Below, one piece after another: positions 34,095-41,787 of a stretch of 41,787 bases of DNA (its first letter is position 1; the number at the start of each line of letters is the position of its first letter). Source of the DNA: a virus (Duplodnaviria; Caudoviricetes); IMG/VR virus record IMGVR_UViG_3300049436_000041, positions 1 through 41,787 of that record. One strand, given 5' to 3'. The notes beneath the pieces were generated by a model. The model had not been told where the DNA came from and searched no databases. It saw only the letters and a list, made by a program, of their open reading frames with translations. A program made the translations under genes and the position numbers.

Positions 34095-34883
34095 CTATGC
34101 AATTCTCACCATAATAACCCAGCTGCAATTATTAGTTGAAAGCCCGAAAACTGGCATGAAAGTTCCAAGCACTTCCCCTTCATCAATTGGCACCTGCACT
34201 GGTGAATTAAAAACCCTGAAATTTAAGCCCAGGGCAATAACATTGTAAAGTCTGCCACCATAATAAAGGGTTCCACCCAGGCTATCTTTCACGCAATGCT
34301 CAATAGGATAGTAAAGATATCTGCCGCTGCGCGTTTGCCCTGGAAACACGTTTGCATCCTGGTGTGGAGCGTTTGCCGTTGTGGATGAATAAGGCGTGCT
34401 GCCGTTCCTTGTCATCAAATATACATAACTGTTATCAGTAGCTGTGCCTGCATCATTTCTGAATCCATGCACATAAGTATAAACTGCAAGGCCCAATGGA
34501 AAAGGCACCAGGCTGAAAATGCCACCCATAACCGTTTCCGCACTCTGTGTGGGCTCGTACCAGCAGTCAATAATAAAACTGTAAGGGGTTGAATATATGT
34601 TTACGGTGGCCCCATTTGTATTAATGTTCGCGCGCTTGCTGCCGCAGGTTGAATTATTCTGATTAAACATTTGCACCTGCAAAATATTTGCTGCAGGGCT
34701 TGTGAATTGCGCATAAGAAATGCGGCCATCAGCGCTATTAATTTTCCACTTATTGCTGCCCTGATCCGTCCATCCCAGAGCTGATAATTCTGATCCAATA
34801 TTTGCCAAAATATTGGCTGTGTTTGTCACGCCGGTAAGTTTCAAATATCTAAAGCTTTGATTCAGATAGCTAGGGATTGACAT
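34095..34883 (-). CDS. putative tail/receptor-binding structural protein
   Basis: 262 aa, beta-rich. N-terminus GVTNTANILANIGSELSALGWTD is paralogous to the adjacent gene. Confidence 0.6.
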   Translation of the reverse strand: MSIPSYLNQSFRYLKLTGVTNTANILANIGSELSALGWTDQGSNKWKINSADGRISYAQFTSPAANILQVQMFNQNNSTCGSKRANINTNGATVNIYSTPYSFIIDCWYEPTQSAETVMGGIFSLVPFPLGLAVYTYVHGFRNDAGTATDNSYVYLMTRNGSTPYSSTTANAPHQDANVFPGQTRSGRYLYYPIEHCVKDSLGGTLYYGGRLYNVIALGLNFRVFNSPVQVPIDEGEVLGTFMPVFGLSTNNCSWVIMVRIA

Positions 34884-35691
34884 TTTCTGCCCTCGTAAAA
34901 ACTCTCAGATATCCCGTATTGCTTGTTTTAATGTTAGTGGCGCGAAAGCTTCCCGTCACGCCAGGCCCCATGGGTGCCGTTACTATTTGCCCATATGCAT
35001 AACTGTCTGGTGCCCACATAACGCAAGGGAAATGGCCCCAGTACGTATAGGGTGAGGAATATTTGCAAATCATAATGGGAGAGAATAAGGGGCAGTTTGA
35101 TTGATACTGATACATGGATTGCTTGTATATTGACTGTGCCCTGGTAGATGTTGAGTAAGAACTATCGCCGCTATCCCTTGCAAACCATGATCCCAAATAA
35201 TTAGCATTTCCAGATAATGTGCCAGTGTCACCGCGCGGGCCGTTGCTGCAGATAAATGGCTGAAAAATAGAATCACTGCTTTCTGGCCAAAGCTCGACGC
35301 GAAAACAGAACATGGTTTCAGGGGTTGCCCTGGCCGTTTCTATCCAGAATAAGTCTGGTGAAATGTGGATAAAAACATTTGTCCCGCCTGCATCAATATC
35401 TATCGTGCTCGACGTTTGATTATTTATCAGGTAAGTGCCCGCGCCTTTATCATAAAAATAAGCCTTCAGGCGCGTGGCGGATATTCTTGAAAGCGTAATT
35501 TCCAGATATCTGCCATCTAATCCATTCACAGGCGTGCGCCATGGGCCGGTGCCCACTCCGCTGGTATCAGTCCACCCGCAGGCCACCAGCGCTGTGTTTG
35601 CAGCGCTGATTATATTGGCCACATCGGTGCACCCTGAAAGCATGGTATACCTTTGAATTTTCGTGAACATGGCGCCGGTTTCTGGCATCAC
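34870..35691 (-). CDS. putative tail/receptor-binding structural protein
   Basis: 273 aa. GCTDVANIISAANTALVACGWTD is paralogous to 34095..34883. Confidence 0.6.
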   Translation of the reverse strand: MMPETGAMFTKIQRYTMLSGCTDVANIISAANTALVACGWTDTSGVGTGPWRTPVNGLDGRYLEITLSRISATRLKAYFYDKGAGTYLINNQTSSTIDIDAGGTNVFIHISPDLFWIETARATPETMFCFRVELWPESSDSIFQPFICSNGPRGDTGTLSGNANYLGSWFARDSGDSSYSTSTRAQSIYKQSMYQYQSNCPLFSPIMICKYSSPYTYWGHFPCVMWAPDSYAYGQIVTAPMGPGVTGSFRATNIKTSNTGYLRVFTRAENVNP

Positions 35692-35698
35692 TAACCCC

Positions 35699-36235
35699 TT
35701 ATGAAGTCTGGGCCTTTACATTTAAAAGCAGCCCGGTTAAATAGAAAATATCTTCAGTTGAATTATAAAGCATCTGCACCACGTCAATAGCTGCAGGGTA
35801 TGCAGTCAGGGCCACATTAGGCACGTTTGCAGGCCTCTTAATCTTAGTGTCAAAGGTTATTTTCCTGCCGCCTGTGCCATCCTGCTTAAACTCGAAGCGC
35901 AGCAGCTGGCCATCCTTCGCGCCAGTTGGATTGCCCAGCATTCTATCGCCGCCCAAAGTAACCCGGAAAAGGTTTCCTTTTGTCGCATCCACTGCAATGG
36001 TGGCTGCATCCGTCAGATTGAAAACTGCACTGGCAATATTTCCCTGAAAATTTCCATCTGCACCCAGGTATTTGCTGGCAGGTTTTCCAGTGGGCAGCGC
36101 CAGCACTCCGGGCTTATTTTCATCCATGGCAGTTATATGTGCGCTGCGCTTTTCCGGGCTGCCGCCATCGCCTTTGAAAACTACATTTGCCGCGCCAGTG
36201 GGCGCTGCTGGTGTTTTATTGCTCCAATAATACAT
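35699..36235 (-). CDS. tail fibre-like protein
   Basis: LTDAATIAVDATKGNLFRVTLGGDRMLGNPT...KQDGTGGRKITF resembles a common fibre C-terminal beta-sandwich. Confidence 0.65.
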   Translation of the reverse strand: MYYWSNKTPAAPTGAANVVFKGDGGSPEKRSAHITAMDENKPGVLALPTGKPASKYLGADGNFQGNIASAVFNLTDAATIAVDATKGNLFRVTLGGDRMLGNPTGAKDGQLLRFEFKQDGTGGRKITFDTKIKRPANVPNVALTAYPAAIDVVQMLYNSTEDIFYLTGLLLNVKAQTS

Positions 36236-36244
36236 AGTGCACCC

Positions 36245-38296
36245 CTAATCATTAAGCAGCACTGAATCATCACCCGTGTCTATGATTTCGTGCCCTTCGT
36301 AATCGCCCACAGCATCCTGGCCATTGTGGCTGATGAAATAAACGCGCGCGCCTGCGGAATGATCCTGCGGAAAAGTATCATAAACGCCGCGCACAATGCC
36401 CTTTATTGTAAAGCTGCCATCACCATTATCATCAATGCTCTGCCAGGCGCATATTTCCCCATTATCGGCAAATAGCAAAAGGTTTTCACCCCTATCGCGG
36501 CCCACTTCATCAGTGGTGAATATTTCATCCAGATCCACGCCGGATATGGTGAAACCCGCAGTATCTAATGCTGCAGTTTTTCTGCTATAGCTGGCAGCCA
36601 GCACGCCGCTGGGTGTGAAGTATCCTACATCATTCATTTGCCGGTAATCGTCCGGGCTGCTTTCCTTCGCCATCACCAGAAAGCCCTTGCTAACATAATC
36701 GCCACGGGCCGCAGCAATCAGCATGCGTGGCGCGCCGATGCCATCCAGCAGCTGGTGTGGCGCTTCATATACAGTGGCAGCAGCCACTGGCAGAGGGTCG
36801 CTGATAGGATCTGTCCACCCGCTGCCGCCTGGCGGATTATAGGCAGTATAATTTGCCTTGAAAATATCCTCACAGATTTCAATTTCCATCATGCCATCCT
36901 TCAGATTTCCATAATTAATGGCAGTGGCACGCACTGGCATGCCATCCACACCCAGTGGCGGCCAGGTAAGTTTAAACGCGCTGCCCATGCGCAGCGCCCA
37001 GGCTTTCCTGTTCACTTTAATGCGCCCTTTACCGATTGGATAGCTACTTGCGCGCAATTCCCTATTGCAAGCTTTTTGGGCCGCTGCAGCATTGGTGAAT
37101 CCAGAAAAATCAAAGGTTTTGCTTTCCAGTTCACCATTTCTGATGGAAAAATTAGCGCTTTCCTGCGCCTGCACAGTTGCGGTTTTCCAGTTTTGGCGGC
37201 TCGTATAAGTCACCTTAACCTGGTTAATAGTATCCTCCCAGCTGCCGCGCGAAAATTCGCACTCCGCAATATCATCCTGGTTAAGTTCTAGCAAATCACC
37301 TTCATCATAATCTGGCCTGGCAAGCTTCAAAGTCCATAGGCCTGTGCTTGGATCTTGAAAGCAAACGCCATCAATGTGCTGCAATATCAATTCAATAATT
37401 TTATCGGCATCCTTTGGTGTATCTAAAAGCATGCTGATGCCAAATTCTTCATTGGCCAGGGTAACCCCTGCCTGATAAAAGCTTGCCAGGTCGATGCGCT
37501 CTGCAGGAAAACCTAGCGCCCATATTTTTGAAGTAAGGCATTCATAAATTATTTCGGCTGGGTTTGCATCGCCGTTTATGTTTGATTCATCGGCAGCCAG
37601 GCCCAGATTTGCCGGGCAGCGCCGCAAAACAAAAGCCAAATTTTTTATATACTGCGTGGTGCCTAAATACCACGTTTTGCACACCAGGTGGCATATGCGC
37701 CGATAGGCCGGGTATGTTATGGCAAGCTCATTGCTCATGTATGCATCACTTTGTTGCGCCTGGTTTCCAGGGTAGAAAGTGGCATTTCCAGATATTCCGC
37801 CTTCCCTATCATCGCCGCCAAAAATATCAGGTGAATTCACATAAAGGCTAACCGTGCCATCAGCATTAGTCACTGGCGCAGGTGAATATTTGATACCAAA
37901 CCATCTATTGCCCGGCAGCTGGCTGCCGCCTGCCCAGTCTAGTGCCTTGTAATCTTCACCAGTGCCCGCCAGGATTTCCACCAGTTCATCCACAGGCCCA
38001 TGGCAAAGGGCCAAATCCATGCCTAAATAATATTTGTATCCTGCGGTATAGGTTGCCCCGAATGAAAAAATGCCTTTGCTTTTCTTTATCGGCTGGCACT
38101 TATAATGCCCATACCAAACCACGTTTGGTGATTTCAAGCAGCAGGTGCCCCAGAATACTGGCACGCTGCGGCCATCCTGCGCAGTGGGCACCTGCAAATC
38201 ACCCAGCGCGCTGGCTTTTGCATTCGGCACTTTTGCCAGAATGCCTGATAGCACCGTGGTTCCTACATAAATCAGCGCTAGTACCCACCAATACAT
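36245..38296 (-). CDS. central tail-tip protein (gpJ-like hub), lacking its usual C-terminal segment
   Basis: PTAQDGRSVPVFWG, GYKYYLGMDLALCHGPVD, DANPAEIIYECLT and RGVYDTFPQDHSAGARVYF motifs. Likely ATG at 38296 after GGAG. Confidence 0.85.
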   Translation of the reverse strand: MYWWVLALIYVGTTVLSGILAKVPNAKASALGDLQVPTAQDGRSVPVFWGTCCLKSPNVVWYGHYKCQPIKKSKGIFSFGATYTAGYKYYLGMDLALCHGPVDELVEILAGTGEDYKALDWAGGSQLPGNRWFGIKYSPAPVTNADGTVSLYVNSPDIFGGDDREGGISGNATFYPGNQAQQSDAYMSNELAITYPAYRRICHLVCKTWYLGTTQYIKNLAFVLRRCPANLGLAADESNINGDANPAEIIYECLTSKIWALGFPAERIDLASFYQAGVTLANEEFGISMLLDTPKDADKIIELILQHIDGVCFQDPSTGLWTLKLARPDYDEGDLLELNQDDIAECEFSRGSWEDTINQVKVTYTSRQNWKTATVQAQESANFSIRNGELESKTFDFSGFTNAAAAQKACNRELRASSYPIGKGRIKVNRKAWALRMGSAFKLTWPPLGVDGMPVRATAINYGNLKDGMMEIEICEDIFKANYTAYNPPGGSGWTDPISDPLPVAAATVYEAPHQLLDGIGAPRMLIAAARGDYVSKGFLVMAKESSPDDYRQMNDVGYFTPSGVLAASYSRKTAALDTAGFTISGVDLDEIFTTDEVGRDRGENLLLFADNGEICAWQSIDDNGDGSFTIKGIVRGVYDTFPQDHSAGARVYFISHNGQDAVGDYEGHEIIDTGDDSVLLND

Positions 38297-38300
38297 AGGC

Positions 38301-39119
38301 CTACTCCAATCCACTGGAAAACGGGTTTTTTTCTGGAATCCATTGGAATCCATTAAAGTTTGCCCCGTTGTTAAATTTCGGCACACATCCCTGCGCGCCA
38401 TCATAAGTGCGATCACATCCAGCGTATACTGTAACCTCATCGCCCACTTGCAGGCCGCCCATGGGGTTAATCAAAACAATCTGGCTGCCGGTATGACTAA
38501 AAATCATTCGCCTTGAAAACTCTTTTTGCAGGAATCCAAGATTAAACCAGCCATTAGCCTTTGAACTGCAGGCGCTGATAGTCACTGTAATGCCATCTGT
38601 GGAAATGTCTGAAACCGTGCCGGTTATTTTCCAGAATGCATTCACAATTCCGCAGCCCGCATCAAATAGAATGTGGTTGCATTGTCTTTGATACAGCGCT
38701 GTGCACAGTGCCCGCCGCAGCACTTCAGTATCCGGCGCGCACTCCAGTTCACATTCATCATCGGTATTAAAGCGGGCCAGCAGCACGCGGCCCGTGAATG
38801 CCACTTTCATTTCACTTTCAGATTCACCATAGTGGCCCCTGTATATCAAAAGGCTTAATGGGGTGCTGGGAATGAATGAAACAAAAAGCTGGGCAATAGA
38901 ATTATCTGCCGGAATTGTCACAGTAATATGGCCGCCTTTCACTTCCTGGCTGGCCGTTGTATTTGTTCTGCCGATTATTTCAGGGATAAATTTTGCACCC
39001 TGAAAGGTTATTTCTTCCGGGCCGCTGGTATACCTCCAGGTGGCTTCTGAAGTGGCAAAAAGATAAAGTTCATAAGGCTGCCCGCTTTCCAGGCTGCTTT
39101 CCTTAGCATCAAAAGTCAT
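38301..39119 (-). CDS. tail-tip protein, DUF2163/BR0599 (lambda gpL-like, Fe-S Cys motif)
   Basis: QRQCNHILFDAGC...AGCDRT...C..KFNNGANFNGFQWIPEKNPF. Confidence 0.88.
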   Translation of the reverse strand: MTFDAKESSLESGQPYELYLFATSEATWRYTSGPEEITFQGAKFIPEIIGRTNTTASQEVKGGHITVTIPADNSIAQLFVSFIPSTPLSLLIYRGHYGESESEMKVAFTGRVLLARFNTDDECELECAPDTEVLRRALCTALYQRQCNHILFDAGCGIVNAFWKITGTVSDISTDGITVTISACSSKANGWFNLGFLQKEFSRRMIFSHTGSQIVLINPMGGLQVGDEVTVYAGCDRTYDGAQGCVPKFNNGANFNGFQWIPEKNPFSSGLE

Positions 39120-40834
39120 GCTGTAACCTCCAGGGGTAATTCAATTAAATCCAGCACCACTTCCGCCACGTCCCTTGCGTGCCAGTTTAACTCTGGCTCA
39201 TCATTGGCCAGGCGCACCCGGTTAAGAAATGAAACCATGGTGCTGCCGGGCAAAATATCTTCAGTGGCACTCAGTTCACTATCTAGGGTTAGGGTTTCAA
39301 TATTTCCGCCATCGCTGCTTGAAACCACTTTTCTATAAAATACTCTGCCGGTGCCATCTAGCATTCTAATGGCCAAATATCTGCGCGCAGGCTGGGAATA
39401 TTGGAAAGCAGTATAGCCACTTTTTTCTATCACTAAAGTGGGCTCACCTGCTGAAGTGGTATTTATTTGCACCAGGTCATTCTGCCAGCTGGGCATCCAG
39501 AATGATTTCTGCTGCCCTTTGCGCAGCGCCAGCCAGGCGCGATAATTGGCAATTTCTGCCCGGCTTTGCAGTGTCAGCAAATAGCCTTGCACCTGGCCCA
39601 CTGTCACGCCACTGCGGTTAATCTGGCGCTGCCCACCTGTTGAAAAATCCATCAGCCTGGTGATAGCGGCATAGCTGTGCGCGCGATCATTCACCAGGTT
39701 AGGCTGCCATGGCAAAACATCATACCCATAAACCAGGGCAGGCGCTGCTGCAGTTACATCTGGCGCTGGATCACATTGAAAAGCCAGATTGCAATCAAAA
39801 ATGCTGGATGAAAGCCTGGCCAGGCTTGTTTCGCCATCAATAATGCCGGTTAAGCCAGGTATGCAATAGGTTTTTTGGTCTGCAGCCCAGCTTGCATTTA
39901 TCGGCGCGGTCAAAAGTATTCTGTCATTTTCCACGCTGGAAATGCTGGCAGCTTCAGTGGTGAAAAAATCGCGCCAGATAATTATCACGCCGCCTGCCCG
40001 GAATTTTGTTTGCTGCGTGTCACAATAAACAATTGTGCCGCCTGCCGATAAATTCTGCAGCAGTAGCCTGGAATCTGGCCAGAATGGCACGCAATATATA
40101 CGCCCGGCATTTCCATAAAGCATAGCTTCCATGGCCGCCGCCTGGCGCTTATCAGTTGGCAATATTGCAATATCAAGGCGCGTGCGCGGAATTCTCCGCA
40201 GGCTGAAGCGCTGCTCTTTTCCTGAATAGCCCGCCATAATGTTTGTTAGGTATTGGGTTTTTTCTTTTACTGCTTCACCCCAGTCTGGCATGGCTGGCAC
40301 AACAATAACGCGCATGCCCTGCACCGTTTCATCTGTGCCAGTTTCATCATTCACCTGCCATCTGGCTGTGGCTGCTATTGTCACATCTCCATCACGCGGC
40401 ACTGCAGCATAATAGTTCCTGCTGTGCTGCGGGCCGATATCATGGGGCAGCCCGTGCGGGTTTGATACTTCCAGATTTCCACTACCTAAAATTAAAATAT
40501 CTGATACTGTGCGCAGCTTATCCCTGTGCGTGTTCCATACGTTTATAATCCATTCCACCCTATTCAAAACAAAGCCCAGATTTTTCTTTCTGGGTGTGAC
40601 AATTATCTTGTCTAGTATTTCCTCGAAGCATCCCAGCACATTGCCGGATAGCTGGCGGCCCGGCTCCGGGCTCACCAGCGCATCATAATCAAGGTTAATA
40701 GGATTGCCCGCCATAGAATCCGGCGCGGTTATTCCGCGCACCGTCCACAGATCCCGCGCGCAGTCTGCCGTTAAATTTGGCACTGCCACATAGGAAGTGG
40801 TGCCCAGAAATATTTCGCCCGCGTATTCCATCAC
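39116..40834 (-). CDS. virion structural (distal tail) protein
   Basis: 572 aa. PDWGEAVKEKTQYLTNI...EQRFSLRRIPR and RKGQQKSFWMPSW motifs. Upstream of the BR0599-like gene. Confidence 0.75.
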   Translation of the reverse strand: MMEYAGEIFLGTTSYVAVPNLTADCARDLWTVRGITAPDSMAGNPINLDYDALVSPEPGRQLSGNVLGCFEEILDKIIVTPRKKNLGFVLNRVEWIINVWNTHRDKLRTVSDILILGSGNLEVSNPHGLPHDIGPQHSRNYYAAVPRDGDVTIAATARWQVNDETGTDETVQGMRVIVVPAMPDWGEAVKEKTQYLTNIMAGYSGKEQRFSLRRIPRTRLDIAILPTDKRQAAAMEAMLYGNAGRIYCVPFWPDSRLLLQNLSAGGTIVYCDTQQTKFRAGGVIIIWRDFFTTEAASISSVENDRILLTAPINASWAADQKTYCIPGLTGIIDGETSLARLSSSIFDCNLAFQCDPAPDVTAAAPALVYGYDVLPWQPNLVNDRAHSYAAITRLMDFSTGGQRQINRSGVTVGQVQGYLLTLQSRAEIANYRAWLALRKGQQKSFWMPSWQNDLVQINTTSAGEPTLVIEKSGYTAFQYSQPARRYLAIRMLDGTGRVFYRKVVSSSDGGNIETLTLDSELSATEDILPGSTMVSFLNRVRLANDEPELNWHARDVAEVVLDLIELPLEVTA

Positions 40835-41787
40835 GCCACCTTTTTCACTGCAAAATTCTGAAAAAGTTTATAAATATCCGCGCCCAGGGTTACTTCATCG
40901 CCTGCCAGATATCCATTTCCCACTGCCTTGGTGCGAAAAACTGAAGGCGCAGTGCCAATTAGACACGGGCCGCCCTCATCTTTTTCTGCATATATTCTTA
41001 TGGGCAGCAGCACTGCTTGCGTGTTTACGCTTGAAACCGTGAAAGCATCCAGTGCTGTGGTGTGCGGTATGGTGCCGGGCAAATCGCGCAGCCCTTTGTG
41101 GCTGGAATGGCCCTGCTTTCCTGTCCATCCCACCCTATCATAGGAAGTATTAGGCCCTATGCTCACCCATTTATCCGTGAATGCATCCACATCAATGCGT
41201 ACAAAGGCTGCATTAACATAGCTGTTTTGCTCTGGCAGCCCATAGGCAAATGGCGCATACATGTTGGTATCATCTTCCACTGGATATTCCGCAGTTTCGC
41301 CGCCTGATATCTGGCCCCAAAAATATTGGCCACCAGTCCAATTTCCGCCATTTTTTGTGAGAGAAAAACCAAACCCCAGGGCATGGAATATTCCGGCGCT
41401 GCGTTCCACAATCACCACATAATTATCATTTCCATCATTGAAAAAATGATAGGCAAAGTTTGCAGCCACATTCACAACAATGGCCGCGCCGCACACTCTG
41501 CCATCACTTGCACCCAGGGGTGCGCCGCTTAGATTGTTGTACCAGCTGCCGCCGCTGCCTGCTTCAAAACCACTGCTTAAATACATGGCCAGCGTTGGCA
41601 CATTACAGGCCAGCAGATAGTGCCCGTTAAATGGGTCACCAGTCTGAATAGTTCTGAAATGGGCATAAATGCCGCCCTTATGCAGGTGGCATCGCCACCC
41701 GGTGCCGCTGGCTTGTGATGCATCCACAGTCCAGCCTTGTGTTACCAGCCAGGCTGCCAGCTGTTGAATCAAATCAGTTTGTGAAGT
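40831..41787 (-). CDS. virion structural (tail) protein, 5'-truncated by the window edge
   Basis: Frame is open to 41787 (TSQTDLIQQLAAWLVTQGW...). Second member of the post-TMP structural pair. Confidence 0.7.
   Translation of the reverse strand, partial: TSQTDLIQQLAAWLVTQGWTVDASQASGTGWRCHLHKGGIYAHFRTIQTGDPFNGHYLLACNVPTLAMYLSSGFEAGSGGSWYNNLSGAPLGASDGRVCGAAIVVNVAANFAYHFFNDGNDNYVVIVERSAGIFHALGFGFSLTKNGGNWTGGQYFWGQISGGETAEYPVEDDTNMYAPFAYGLPEQNSYVNAAFVRIDVDAFTDKWVSIGPNTSYDRVGWTGKQGHSSHKGLRDLPGTIPHTTALDAFTVSSVNTQAVLLPIRIYAEKDEGGPCLIGTAPSVFRTKAVGNGYLAGDEVTLGADIYKLFQNFAVKKVA

Noticed and set aside
33367-36235. Diversity-generating retroelement or invertible tail-fibre switch
   Set aside because: I saw no reverse transcriptase, no recombinase, no template/variable repeat pair differing at adenines, and no inverted repeats flanking the cassette.
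40026-40051. Additional sigma-28-like site TAAA-N14-GCCGATAA on the plus strand
   Set aside because: The spacer is one base short, it is antisense within a tail gene, and there is no downstream RBS or ORF. Other intragenic GCCGATAA hits (6861, 18919, 36462, 37401) lack a correctly spaced TAAA.
1-41787. Genome-wide stop-codon reassignment (TAG readthrough)
   Set aside because: Core genes are full length under the standard code, and TAG, TAA and TGA all end genes at sensible positions with downstream RBSs.

Overview
This window is an almost complete, circularly permuted genome of a tailed dsDNA phage with siphovirus-type architecture. The gene truncated at 41787 is the natural downstream neighbour of the gene ending at position 3. 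Nearly all genes are on the minus strand. In transcription order (high to low coordinate) the modules are: tail-tip genes, with a central tail protein that appears split by a 4-gene insert (41787-33367); a lysis cassette with a GH19 endolysin and a dual-start holin (33303-31997); a cluster of small early-type genes (31961-28696); HTH regulators, YqaJ recombination and O/DnaC-like replication genes with iterons (28564-23208); accessory genes (23197-16012); a lambda-like cos candidate, terminases, portal, S49 protease/scaffold, capsid and neck (15749-6572); and major tail protein, frameshifting tail chaperone and tape measure (5732-3). I found no integrase, CI-type repressor, DNA polymerase, sigma factor, methyltransferase, tRNA or CRISPR array. 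The most striking observation is that the early cluster is preceded by five intergenic matches to the flagellar sigma-28 (FliA/SigD) promoter consensus TAAA-N15-GCCGATAA, whereas the regulator and replication genes have sigma-70-like promoters. Other notable items are the split tail-tip gene, a duplicated 118-bp terminator-promoter-RBS cassette, a recurrent GTTTAAAC motif, and strong depletion of GAG/GAC/CGA trinucleotides. All protein family calls come from motif recognition and synteny by eye, not from database searches.
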